From Geosiphon pyriformis uo1 (lineage: Eukaryota > Fungi > Glomeromycota): a stretch of 64,000 nucleotides of DNA. The notes below the pieces were generated by a model, which was not told the DNA's origin, ran no database searches, and saw nothing but the letters and a program-made list of their open reading frames with translations. The translations under genes were made by a program, and so were the position numbers. How positions within the stretch are numbered: position 1 is the first letter of the stretch; the number at the start of each line of letters is the position of its first letter. Where the stretch lies: positions 17,935 through 81,934 of the forward strand of contig JAAOMT010000312.1 in the NCBI GenBank assembly GCA_016748015.1, read 5' to 3'. Below are positions 1-11,586 of this stretch, in pieces.

Positions 1-3000
1 AAAAAAAAAGTATTTTTTAAGAAAATTAACTTTTATTTTGAAATATATATATGAAAAATTTTATTATTAACTTATAATAATGGTTAAAAATTTGATAAAT
101 TTAAAAAAAACCCCATTAATCTCGCAAAAATCATTAATAAAAAAACAAAAATAAGAAATATTAATTAAATATATATTATATATATAAAATATCAAAGTGA
201 AAGCATATAATATATATATATACATTTATTAAAAATAAAACAATTAACAAACAAGTTTAAAATTTTGTAAAAATTATACCAGTTAAGCTTTTACAAAATT
301 ATTAAAAATAAAAATAAAAAAGAAAAAGATTTAAGTTTCATGTTTTGAATAAATTTTTATTTTAATCAAAATTTAAGATTAAAATACATTTACATATTAT
401 TATGTAATATTCGCAATTATTGTAGATTTAAAATTTGATTTTCAGAATATTTATGTTTTTGTTGTAAAATTTTAATTATTTTTGATAGTCTGTTTTTCAG
501 ATCTTAAATTGAACAATAATATATATGTGCATATCTATTTCTCAACCATTTTTTGCAAAATTTTCTACACTTAAACATTAAGTGCTAATAAGTAAAAAAA
601 AATTATTGATAATTGTTTCTAGACTGGAATTTAATACTAATTTCAATAAGATTAATAGTTAATCAATTTTACAATTATTAGATTTTATAAAAAATAATTT
701 GACAACTAAAGCTTTAAATAAATAAAATAAACTTTTCAAATGTTAAATACAATTAAATTATTTTGTTTCAATAAATTATTCTTGTTACTGTTTGTTCTTT
801 GTAAAAAGGTTTTTTCTTCAATTATAATAGTTTTGATGTTGAAAATTTATTTTTAACTAATTTTTAGTCTTCTAATTAAATAGATGGATTTTCGATTATT
901 GGAATAAATAAAACTAGTTTTAAATTTATTGTTAAAAGAAATTAATTGTATTAATATTTAGCACTTAAATTATGTCACTAAAAAATTTTGGAATTGTTGA
1001 TAATATATTATCATATAATTATCAAATAAATTGATTTTTTTTTGATTTCTTATTTTAAAAATTTGTAAAAACAAATTTAACAGATTTTTTCCAGTTCTGG
1101 TTTAATTAATTCAAAAATAGATAAAATTAAAAAATTAAAAAAGAGTAGTATTTAGCAATAAATTATAACCAAAATAATTAATAAATAAAAATATAATTTT
1201 TTTATTGATTTTAAATAAAGTTGAATTAAAAAAATACATAAAATAAAAAATATATTTAATTAAATATTTAATTTCTAAAATTGTGAAATTAACTACTAAA
1301 TAAAAAAAGTATTTAAAAATTTTTCAATATAAAAAACAAAATATGCTTTGATTTTTATAATAAAATTTATAATTATTAAACAATAAGTAATAAAATAGAT
1401 TTTAATAATCTCACAAAAAGCATTATTTTTATGTTTTAAGTTAGAATAAAAAGTAATAAATAACAAAAAAATAGGAATAAATAAGTTATATAATTTTATT
1501 AACTAATATATAATTAAATTAAATATAAATATCAAATGTAAAAACTTTTATTAAAGCAGTTATAATAGTTTTTAAGTCAAAAACAATGAAACTTTGCATA
1601 TAAAAAGTTTAACAAATCAAAAATTTTAGTTAGAATCATTTTAATTAATTAGATAAAATTAATTATATTGTAAAAAATATAATATTAGTTTTAAATTTCT
1701 AAATTACCAAGTTAATAATCATATTGTTCTTGGTTAAAAATGTAATTATGATTTTGTATTACTTTTAAAAACTTAAAACACATTAAAATTATAAATTATT
1801 TTTTAATTTAAATAAAATTTAAATATTAAATTTATTAATATAAATTTATTTCTAATAATTAAACCATTCTTTTTATTTTTGTTTTTGTTGTTTTAAAATT
1901 TTTAATAATTTATTATATATTTTTTAAAAATAACTTCTTTTTTATAGTTGTATAAATATTAATATTAATATTTGTGTTATAATTATATATAAAATTTTTA
2001 AATTTGTTGCAATTTTAATACAAATTGCATATTTATTTTTATTTGTTTTTTTTTTTAAAAATACAGTTTGTAAAACAGTTGTAAAAAATTTGTTAATATA
2101 AAAAAAAGATATTAAAATAATTTCAAAACAACTTTTTATTGTTAAATTTAAATAAGTAATTTGTTAAGTTTATTTATTTAATTTATTTTTATAACTAAAT
2201 ATAAATATAAAAATATAATAAAATTTTTAGTGTATTTTTATTAAAACTAAAATGTTTGCTTTAATTTTAAATATATTATTTAATAAATTAATATTATTAT
2301 TATTCTAAAAAGATTTAAACTTTAATAAAAAAATTATAAAATAATTAATCATAAATTCTTTTTTCAATTGTATATTTATTTATTATTATTAATTAAATTT
2401 CTAATAACTTTTACTAAAAAACCAATAATATAAAACATTATTATTAAATCAATTAAATACTAATTGTTATTTATTTTTAATTTTATTATACTAATTAATA
2501 TACAATATTTTTAAAAAAATATTAATTTTAAATGAAATATTCTTTATAATAAATTAATAAATGAATATAATAAATATTTTAATTAAAAAAATTCAGATTA
2601 TAAAACATAATTCTTTAAATATAATAAACAGTAAAATAAATATATATTAAAAAATAATATTAATATAAATTTAATTTACACTAATTTTTTATCTTTAGCC
2701 AAATACACTATTTTTTTATAAAATAAAATAAATTGATTTAAATTTTTAATATATACATAATAATAAAATCAATTAATCACTTTTAATATAAATAAACTAA
2801 TTCTTAAAAAAATCAACTTAAAATACAACTTACATAAATTGCTTTTAGCTAATTTTTATCTTTTTTATTATTATTTTTAAATAATTTTTTAATGTATTAT
2901 ATTTTAAATTTATGTCATGTATTTAATTCTTTAAACTATATTATTTTAAAACTCTTAACTTTAAATTTTTTATTTGTAAACTCTTTATTTGTAAATTTCT

Positions 3001-4176
3001 TATCTAAATATTTTTTATATATATTGTAAAGTTTTTGCAACTTTTTAAGCATTAAATAATTTTTATCTTTAATATTTTAATATTTTACTTATTTAACAAT
3101 TGAAAATAGAATAAAATAAAAAAATAAATTTGTTTAAATTTTAAATCTATATTTTGTGCAATTTATAATTTATTTTTTCAATTTATTAATAAAAATTTGT
3201 TGATAAATATTTTTGGATGTTTATATATTTAGCAAACTTTATTATAATTTTATACTCAAATCTTTTAGAATGTTTTATAATTTTATAAATTAAACATATA
3301 TTATTAAAGTTTTTACTTTTAATAAACATGAATTTTTTAATATTTAATTATTAATACAGTATAAAAAAGTAAATAGATAATATGCAATAAATAAATATAA
3401 ATTATACCAAATTTTTTTTAATAATTTATTAATATTTGACAAATGTTTTTGTAAAATCTAAAAATAATAATTCAAACTATATTTACTATAAACTACATTT
3501 TTAATTATTTTATGAATTTTATTATTATTACTTAAAAAATTATAGTAAAGTTTTCAAAAAATATAAATTAACATACTCTATAATTATTATTATTATTATT
3601 GTTGTTTAAATATTTTTTTAATATTGTAAATATTATTGTAATTATAAGCTTTTAAAAAAAATTCAATTTTTTTGTTTTTTATAATGTGAATAAGTGCAAA
3701 TTAAAAATAAAAAGTAAATAAATTATTATTCAAAAAAGACTTTTTAGAAACTTCAATTAATAGTAGATTTAAAAGTAATTTTAAATAGAAAAAGTTTATA
3801 TTTATATTGTTTCTCTATATTCATATAGATTAACAAATCAATTAATAAAATCAGCATATTAATAATGCTTATATAATCAATTCAGTTGAATTTCAAATAA
3901 GAACATAATTATAAATTTATATTTATTAAATAATTTTATCACATAAATATTAAAACTCTAAATAAAAATTAATATAGTTATCAAAAACATTTGAGAAGTT
4001 AAAATGTTTTCAATGCATAAAAAATCTTTTAGAAATTTTTTATTTTGAAAACAAATTTCTATTTTTTCTCTTAAACTTTAACAATAATCTTGTAACTTTA
4101 ATAAAAAATTGTATATTTTATTAATGATTAACCTAATGTTTTTATAATTAAATTAAGTTATTTGGTCTTTTTATAA

Positions 4177-4335
4177 TTTTTTTCTATCATTACAGTTTAT
4201 CTAATACCGAAACAGAGAAGTTCTTGTTTTTTTTTTAGCTTTCAGTTTCTATTTAAACTACCGATATAAAACCAAAAAATTTTATGATAGACACAGTTCA
4301 CGCTTTTTTTCCATGTGACCAGCCACCCGAAAAAT
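4177..4335 (-). mobile_element. 5'-truncated LINE 3'-end remnant
   Basis: A T-run (poly-A on - strand) is followed by sequence ending in catgtgaccagccac, the same 3'-UTR motif seen at the 3' ends of the LINEs at ~13910 (tatgtgaccagccac) and ~30291 (catgtgatcaattac). Confidence 0.5.
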
Positions 4336-7300
4336 AAATATTAAAATTTACGCATAATAATTATTTTTTATTAAAAATCACAATTTATTTTACTATATAA
4401 AATTAAAAGATAAAATTATTTGATATAATTTATTAAGACTTTGTTTTTGCATAATAATTGTATTAAAATCTTCTAAAAGCTGTTTTAGTTTGCTTTTAAA
4501 AATTACATTGTAAATTTTAGAGTAAAAAAAACTATAATATTTTTTAAATTGATTAATTCTTACATTATTTTAAATAAAATAATAATGATATATTTATCAT
4601 AAATATATTGGTAAATATTATAAAAATCAATTTTATACATTTGACTATTAATTAATATACTTTGTTTTAATAATATTTTTAAAATTTGTTTTGATGTGTT
4701 AAGTTTTTTACATTTTGAAATTAGAAGTTGAAAATATTAAATGTAAATAAAAAATAAAGTTTTTTTGTTTTTAAGATATTAAAATTTCGATAAAATAGCA
4801 AAAAAACAATGCTTATATGTAATTTTTTAATTAAAAATAAATAGTATTTTTATACAATTTTCAAGCTGTATTATAATGGTAGTTATATTTTAATTTAAAA
4901 TTTTTCATCAATTGATCTTATAAATTTTTTTTTGGTATTAACAATGAATGATAAAAATTTGTTATGCATCAAAAAAGAATTTTGTTAGCAAATGAAATCA
5001 AACTTTATTATAGAGCATATTAAATTAAAATATATTTCTTCAAATGTTTATTTATTTTTATATGTTTCATAATTGCGTCTATTTCAAGTGGTTCTCCTTG
5101 GAATTTTTATGAGCAGAGGGATAAGTTTGGGTTGAATGTGGATAAATGGGAGATTTAGTGAAATCAGTGGTTAATAAGATTAACATTTACACGTTGGTTT
5201 TTTTTGGAATTTAGAAATGCGATAAATTTTGATAATAGTATTGCCCCTATTACTTTCCGCTAAGACTGTAATTTATTTAAATTTTTGAGAAAATAAATTA
5301 AGTTGCTGGAAAGTTTAGACTTAACAAAAGCATTTCAAATATAGTAAATTACTTACATAATTAACTTTAAGTAATTTTCGATTTTATAATAATTTATATT
5401 ATTCAAATCAAATTTAAATATAAATTCTTATTTAAAAGATATTGGTATTGTTTTTATTTAAAGATATATTCGAATTTAATTTTAGTTTAAAATATGATTT
5501 ATAAATAAATTGGATTAAAATTATACCTTGTAAATATCTTGATTTGATTTTAAATTAACTTCACATTAAAATTAATGATTATTTATGCACTTTAAATTAA
5601 GTTTTAAAAAAAGTTTAATGAACTTTAATTGATTAAATTAAACAATCAGATCCCAAATCAATTCAAACAACAAATAATTGAATAAAATTGGAAAACTACT
5701 TTATATTCTACTTAATGATAAATATAAAAACTATTATGGTAAAGTAGTGTATTATTCTTAGATTCCAAAAGTGTTTAAAAGAAATTCGATATAATTTATT
5801 GTGATTTACATTTGAACAACGTTTTACATAAAAGAAAATACTATTTATAATATATTAATATTTAAACTTTGTAACTATTATATTATTAAAGTTCTTTTAT
5901 AGTAAAAGATTATAAAAAACTCTAATAATATAATAATATGAAAAGATCAACTAACTAATAAAATTAATTTATTAAGAATCATTTAATTCTAATAAGAAAT
6001 AAAAATAATATATTAAACAAAAACATAAATTTAATTAAGAATTTAATTTCTTACTTTTAAGTATATAAACTAATTTTTTTATAAAATTAAATAAAATTTT
6101 AATTTACTGTAATAATAATTATCAATAAAATTATAATAATCACTTAATTTAATTTAATATTATCTATTTAAGTTATTAATTAATAATATCAAGTTTTAAC
6201 AGATAAAAACAATTTTTTTTTCATAATAAATATAATATTCAATAATTTATTATTCTATAAAACCAGTAAAATATATTTATATAATTATATAATTATATTA
6301 TAGAATTTAGATTTTTTAAAAAATTAAAAATAATAATCATATACTATAATTACTAAGATAAATCAAGAAAATAAGAAATAAAATAAATATAACTATAAAT
6401 TTAAGAGACTAATTTACTAATTTTAAAGACTATACCACCAAAAAAAATTAATTAATTTGGTTCTAAAAACATTACAAAAGACAATAATTTTTCTTTAATT
6501 AATAATAATAAAAATTTTGATATCATTTTTATTTACAAAAACTAATTAGCAAGTAAAAAAAGGTATGACTATATTAAAAAACTTAAAATAAATAACAATA
6601 AATTTTAATATAATTTATATTTTTAAGTATATTCTATATGTAAATTTAAAAACCATCGAAAATTTGACAATTTTAAAAATAAAAAAAAACAAAACTAGCA
6701 AGTCTAATTAAAAAATAGCATTTAAAAAAACTTAAAAAGCAAACTTTATATAAAAAAATTTTATATTTTTAATTCTAATTTTGTATTAATAAAACTATAT
6801 ACAAACTAGAAAACAGCTTTATAAAACCAATTTAATTTTAAAAAAAGCATTAAGCATTAAAGTAAAAATTACTTAAAATTTTTTGATAATTAGTAATTGT
6901 TTGCTAAATATTATTAAAAACAATATTATTAAAAAACAAAAAAAAGTAGTTTAAGTTTTTATTTAATTAATTTAATTTTTAAAATCAAATAATTTAATAA
7001 ATTATTAATTAAAAATACATATAAAAACATAATTTGTTTTGTTTTTAAAACTAATAATAATTGATTAAAATATAATATATTAAGTAATTTAAAAAAAATT
7101 GTTTTTTGTTATTTAAACTAATATAAAAAATAATAATAAAAGAAAATAGCTTAACTATTAGTTTATTTTTAAAAGTTTTAAGACTTTTTATAATAATAAT
7201 GAACTAATTTTAATTAGCTTTTTAAAAAAAAAATTATTTAAAATCAAAAATAGTATTTTAGAATCAATAAAAGATTAGTTTACTATTGTTTTACTTAAAT

Positions 7301-8679
7301 AAAATATTTTTATAAAATATTATTAAACATTTTTAATGGTTGTAAGTACTTTATTAATAAAAATAGTATTAAATTTTTAAAAAACAAAAAAATTATAAAA
7401 ATATTAACAAAAAATTAAATAATCTAATATAAAAAAAATTTAAAAGCATATATGTTTAAAAAATTTGTTTAAATTAAAAGTTTTAATAAGTTAAATTAAA
7501 TTAAATTTTGGTTTAATTTAGATTTAATTTGAAAAATATTTTTAAAAAATTTGGTAATTTATAATTTAATTTAACTTGTAAAAATTTTATTTTATATTTT
7601 AATTATTAAAAATTTATTAATAAATAGGCTAAAGAAATAATAAATAATTAATAAAAACATAATTTTATAATTAAAAATACTTATTTATAAAAATTATATT
7701 AGCTTTTTTATTGTTAAATTATTTATAAAAATTTTAAACATATGTTCTTTTTTTTTAATTATAATAACAATAGTGTTTATTTTAGTATTACTATTAAACA
7801 TATTATTTTTAAAAACAAATATATTATTTTGATTATTTGTTATTTTTCAAGTTAAAAAAAACTAAATTAGAATTTAATTTACTTATATAAAAAACTTAAA
7901 AAATTGAGTTAAATTATAAAATTTTGATTTGTATTAATTCCAAATTAAAATATTTATAATTTAAACTTGATTTTTATAAATTAAATATCAAGTCAAAAAA
8001 ATTGATTCAACTTTTTTAAAGCTTTAGTTTAAGTTTAATTAAAAAATAAAATAATTATAATACAGATTATTGTTATTAAACAAAAAAAATTTATAATATT
8101 AAATATTTAAGTTCTCTTTATATTAAGTATAAAAAAGCTAAATTAATAATATAATTATTAAACCAAATATTATGATTTAAATAGTTAAATCATATAATTA
8201 ATAACTTTAAAATTAGGTAAAATCTTATTAAGTTGTTATTCTTAAATAAAATTTTCAAAGCAACTTTATATAATTTTGGCTAAAAGATTTGTGTTAAAAA
8301 ATAAATATAATAAAATATTAAAGATTTTTGGATTTATAAAATTAATTATTAGCAAAATTTTAAAATTTGTAAAATTATTTACAAAAAAATATATAACTGT
8401 TAACTACCAAATATAAAAGAAAGAATTTAATTAAAAAAGCAGATTATATAATAGCCAACTAAAAATTTATCTGAAATCAGTTTTTTCTTAAACGTCTATT
8501 TATTAATTAGTCATATGTTTATTAACGGTAATCTAGTTAGAAATCTAGAATTAGTGTATAGCATTGTCTTGGATTATACATAAAAAAAATACCGTGATTT
8601 GCCGCATAAAAAGACCCGGGGTCTATTACATTTCACCAGATTTGCAATATGGTACGATTGTTTACGTAAAAACTTTTTG

Positions 8680-9030
8680 GTGGCGTGACAGAAATCTAGA
8701 AGGTTTCTGTCATTCAAGTCTAAAAGGCGAGCCACGAAGCTAATGTTAGGGCCCAGGTAATCTAGAAGGTTGTCTGGAGTTCAAGGCTAAAAGCTGACCT
8801 AACCTTGGCCCCACAAGGCACGGCCATCTAGAAGGTGGTCTGACGTTAAGGCAAGAAGCTGAAACTGTGGGATGAATAAAAAGCCAGAGATGTCGGCTGT
8901 TTATCCCAAAAAACGTGGGGTAAATGTATTTGAAGCTGCGGCCGACCACAGGTTGGGCTTCAGGACAATCTTTAGCAATATGCTTTAGGGATATGGCATC
9001 TCCATGGAGCGCTGTCCTGGGCATACAACC
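8680..9030 (+). ncRNA. Candidate structured RNA of unknown family: three tandem three-way-junction units plus a downstream folded domain
   Basis: The loop TCTAGAAGG recurs at 8695, 8761 and 8827, each closed by a different but complementary stem. Many G-U pairs work only on the + strand. The region is GC-rich, retains CpG and has no credible ORF. Confidence 0.7.
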
Positions 9031-10763
9031 GCTTGCACACTTGAAATGATGTCTTAAGACGTAGCATTTGGGGCTATGGAACTGAAACTTATTTCTCTTT
9101 ATTCTTTTCAATTTAAGAAAAAGGTCTCCAAAGCAGTTTGCGATTGGTGGGGGTCCTTACAATAACGAGAGCAGCAGCGATCTCTAAAGGAGCAAAAGAT
9201 GATAGTTATGATGGAGGTGTCATTGGCACAGGTAAGTTGAAGCATGAAAAGAATTTGAGCAGCTTAGAAAGCATTCACTCGGAATGAAAATTTTCTGAAA
9301 CAGGTCAAATGGACTGCTGTTCGCAATGAAAAAAACACGAGAGACTTTCAGAGGTAGATAATAATAAGTTTCATCCAAACTATTATTTCGTCTTATTAAA
9401 CACCGAAAGGCAAGGCTTTGAAGTATTCAGAAATTCGATCATCAGTTTTGTTGTTGAATTGGATCGCCGAGCATCATTAGTTAATTCTGATTACATTATA
9501 TAGAAAAATAAAATCGGCTAGGACACAATATATTGCAGATAGAGGATTGCTTTATTTTAAAACTACCTTTTGCCGTTGATTCCTTCCCAATAAAAAGTCA
9601 ATGTGTTCGCAGAACAACCAAGGAAGAATCTCAAATTCTCAATTTTGCCCCAACAAACTACAATGTAGCCTCTTGACCCTTACCAAATCTTGGTTTACCT
9701 TAATTTTCCAATATGGGGCTGCAATATTAATCTTCCTCATTTACGCCAAAACTTCCTTAGCTCCTAGTATGACCTCAACCCTTTCATCAATTTACCAAGT
9801 CAATTATATCTCAGCTTTCCTCAATGCAATTACTTCTTAACTTCTCGGTCAGGTTTCTCCTCTTTTGACTTCATAAATTACTACCTAAATCTCAATTCGT
9901 TATGTGTCACCCTAGTATATGTCATACTTGTGAAAATCATGGCTAATTTCATATTATACTTTCTAAAAAGTATATGGCCGAAGTGGTAAAGGTGTCTTCA
10001 GCTCAAGTGCTGAAGCAAGCTTAGATGACCGGCAACTCCTCATAAATATGGAAAATAAGTACAAAAAGATGATTTTCAAAGAACAATAAGGTGGTGCCGA
10101 TATGTCATTGGATTAAAGGCTGGCTTTTTCGAAATTTACATTCCTCTCAAAATATACTCATATGCTTCCAATCTTTTGGGTAAAAAATGACTACAAGGAA
10201 ATATATTTTATTACCAAAACTACAGGCCATGAAGAGGCGACTGGGTAATATACGGAGATAAACTTTATAAGAAGTGACCCGAAGCGATCGCAAAAGAAAT
10301 GCCTGGCCTGATAGAAAGTTCCAAACTTATATATGGGACCAACCGACTTGAATTTTAGGGTCATATAATTTATCAATAACTTTATATCGCCAAAGACATT
10401 GAGCCTTAATATTAGTTTAGTTATGGTTAAATAGTTTTAGAATTCTAAATGCACATTTGCTTAAAGTTTATTGGCTTACTTTTTTCTCAACTTTATTGAG
10501 CTATAAAATTTGTCGAGCTTACAGTACACATTTTACAAAGAATTATGCAAGCTTACTCTTTCATACTTTGTTCAGCGTTGATCGGTGTTTCTTGTTTCAC
10601 CTTTTTAGATTTCATTTTTATTTTCAATCGGAATTAGCTCTTTAATTTTGGAGCCAATAGAAAGATTATGGTATTAATAATTGAAAAAGTTAAGATGACG
10701 ATATTTATAATTAAAATAAGCTCTATACGCAAATAGGAAAATCTATTCAAGCATTTGATTTAT

Positions 10764-11415
10764 TCACGATGGATTCTCCTCAGCAATAGAATCAGCGGGC
10801 ACAACACCTTGGTTTTCAGTAAGACTTCCTTCAACTATATAAGTATAAGGACCAGTCTTTCGTTTTGGGGTTACCTCATAGGCAAGAAAAAGATTACATC
10901 GGGGACAATGAAGCCTGTATTGTTTCTCAAACGCTTGAGGTCTACAAAATAACGAAATTATCATTTCAAAAGCAAGTTTAATTTTAAATTTTGCAAGATC
11001 AAATTGTATAAAGAAAATATGTATATATGTACCTTTGCAGAACTATTGGATTGTTCGAAGGTTCAATGGCGTTCAGTTTATAGATTCTCTTACCATTTGC
11101 GATGATATAAGCATTATCTGTTTTTCGCCTTGGTAATCGATCTAATTTTGCATCTTGGTAAGATTGGACAAAGATCCGGAATTATAGTTTTTTAAAAATA
11201 AAATTCTTTGAAGTTAATTTTTGAACTCATCATATTGGCAGCAAACAGTACAGATATAACTCAAAATCCTTTACTCTGATAAAATTTTATATCATATTAC
11301 CAATGACCAGAATAAATTCACTACACAAGCAATAATAAACGTGTAGATGCTGTTCTGGACGTGCATTAATTTGTTCTGAGGAAGAGACTGTTGAACTTGA
11401 TACGATTTTGGGCAT
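10764..11415 (-). CDS. STEEP1: STEEP1/CXorf56 (UPF0428) homologue, 137 aa; exons 11415-11301, 11153-11033, 10941-10764
   Basis: Spliced GT-AG translation MPKIVSSSTVSSSEQ...LHVYYCLCSEFILVIDAKLDRLPRRKTDNAYII...RPQAFEKQYRLHCPRCNLFLAY...YIVEGSL matches the recalled family motifs (MPKVVS, LHVYYCLC, LPxR, ExQYRxxCxxC). Exon lengths sum to 414 nt in frame. Confidence 0.9.
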
Positions 11416-11586
11416 TTTTTTTGATTTGTAAGATACAAAATTGTTGGCAAGGTGCTCACTGGATGATATATTATATATGCAACGAACGCGCCACAACGGG
11501 CTATAACGCGCCACATTCAAACCACTGGCCAAAGCTGTTGATATTTTGGCACTCACTTTCAGCATATTCCTAGAATTATTTCGATA
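11416..11586. promoter_or_regulatory. Bidirectional promoter between STEEP1 and UBC9 with two AACGCGCCACA direct repeats (11485-11495, 11505-11515)
   Basis: Only 171 nt separate the two divergent ATGs. An exact 11-mer is repeated with 20-nt spacing, and a TATA-like run lies at ~11466-11478. Confidence 0.7.

Noticed and set aside
578-968. 11-bp inverted repeat ttaagtgctaa/ttagcacttaa as MITE ends
   Set aside because: Short, in very AT-rich DNA, with no TSD or second copy; chance is plausible.
8695-8835. CRISPR-like array (66-nt period)
   Set aside because: The invariant part is only about 11 nt, the intervening sequence is self-pairing and partly conserved, the context is eukaryotic, and there are no cas genes.
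8690-8840. Heat-shock elements (TCTAGAA)
   Set aside because: They do not form proper nTTCnnGAAnnTTCn arrays, and a DNA site would not explain the compensatory stems.
8680-9030. Firm call as telomerase RNA, RNase MRP/P or hammerhead/HDV ribozyme
   Set aside because: The template-like CCUAACC is too short and sequestered, there is no U-rich/A-rich triple-helix pseudoknot, and I see no CR-I/CR-V P4 motifs or CUGAUGA/GAAA core. Kept only as a hypothesis.
8746-9111. 121-aa ORF on the - strand
   Set aside because: No ATG start or recognisable motif. It is best explained as a by-product of the GC-rich structured element, whose G-U pairs indicate the + strand.
9601-10645. Short ORFs of 61-79 aa in the track
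   Set aside because: No motifs and no coherent exon chain could be built.
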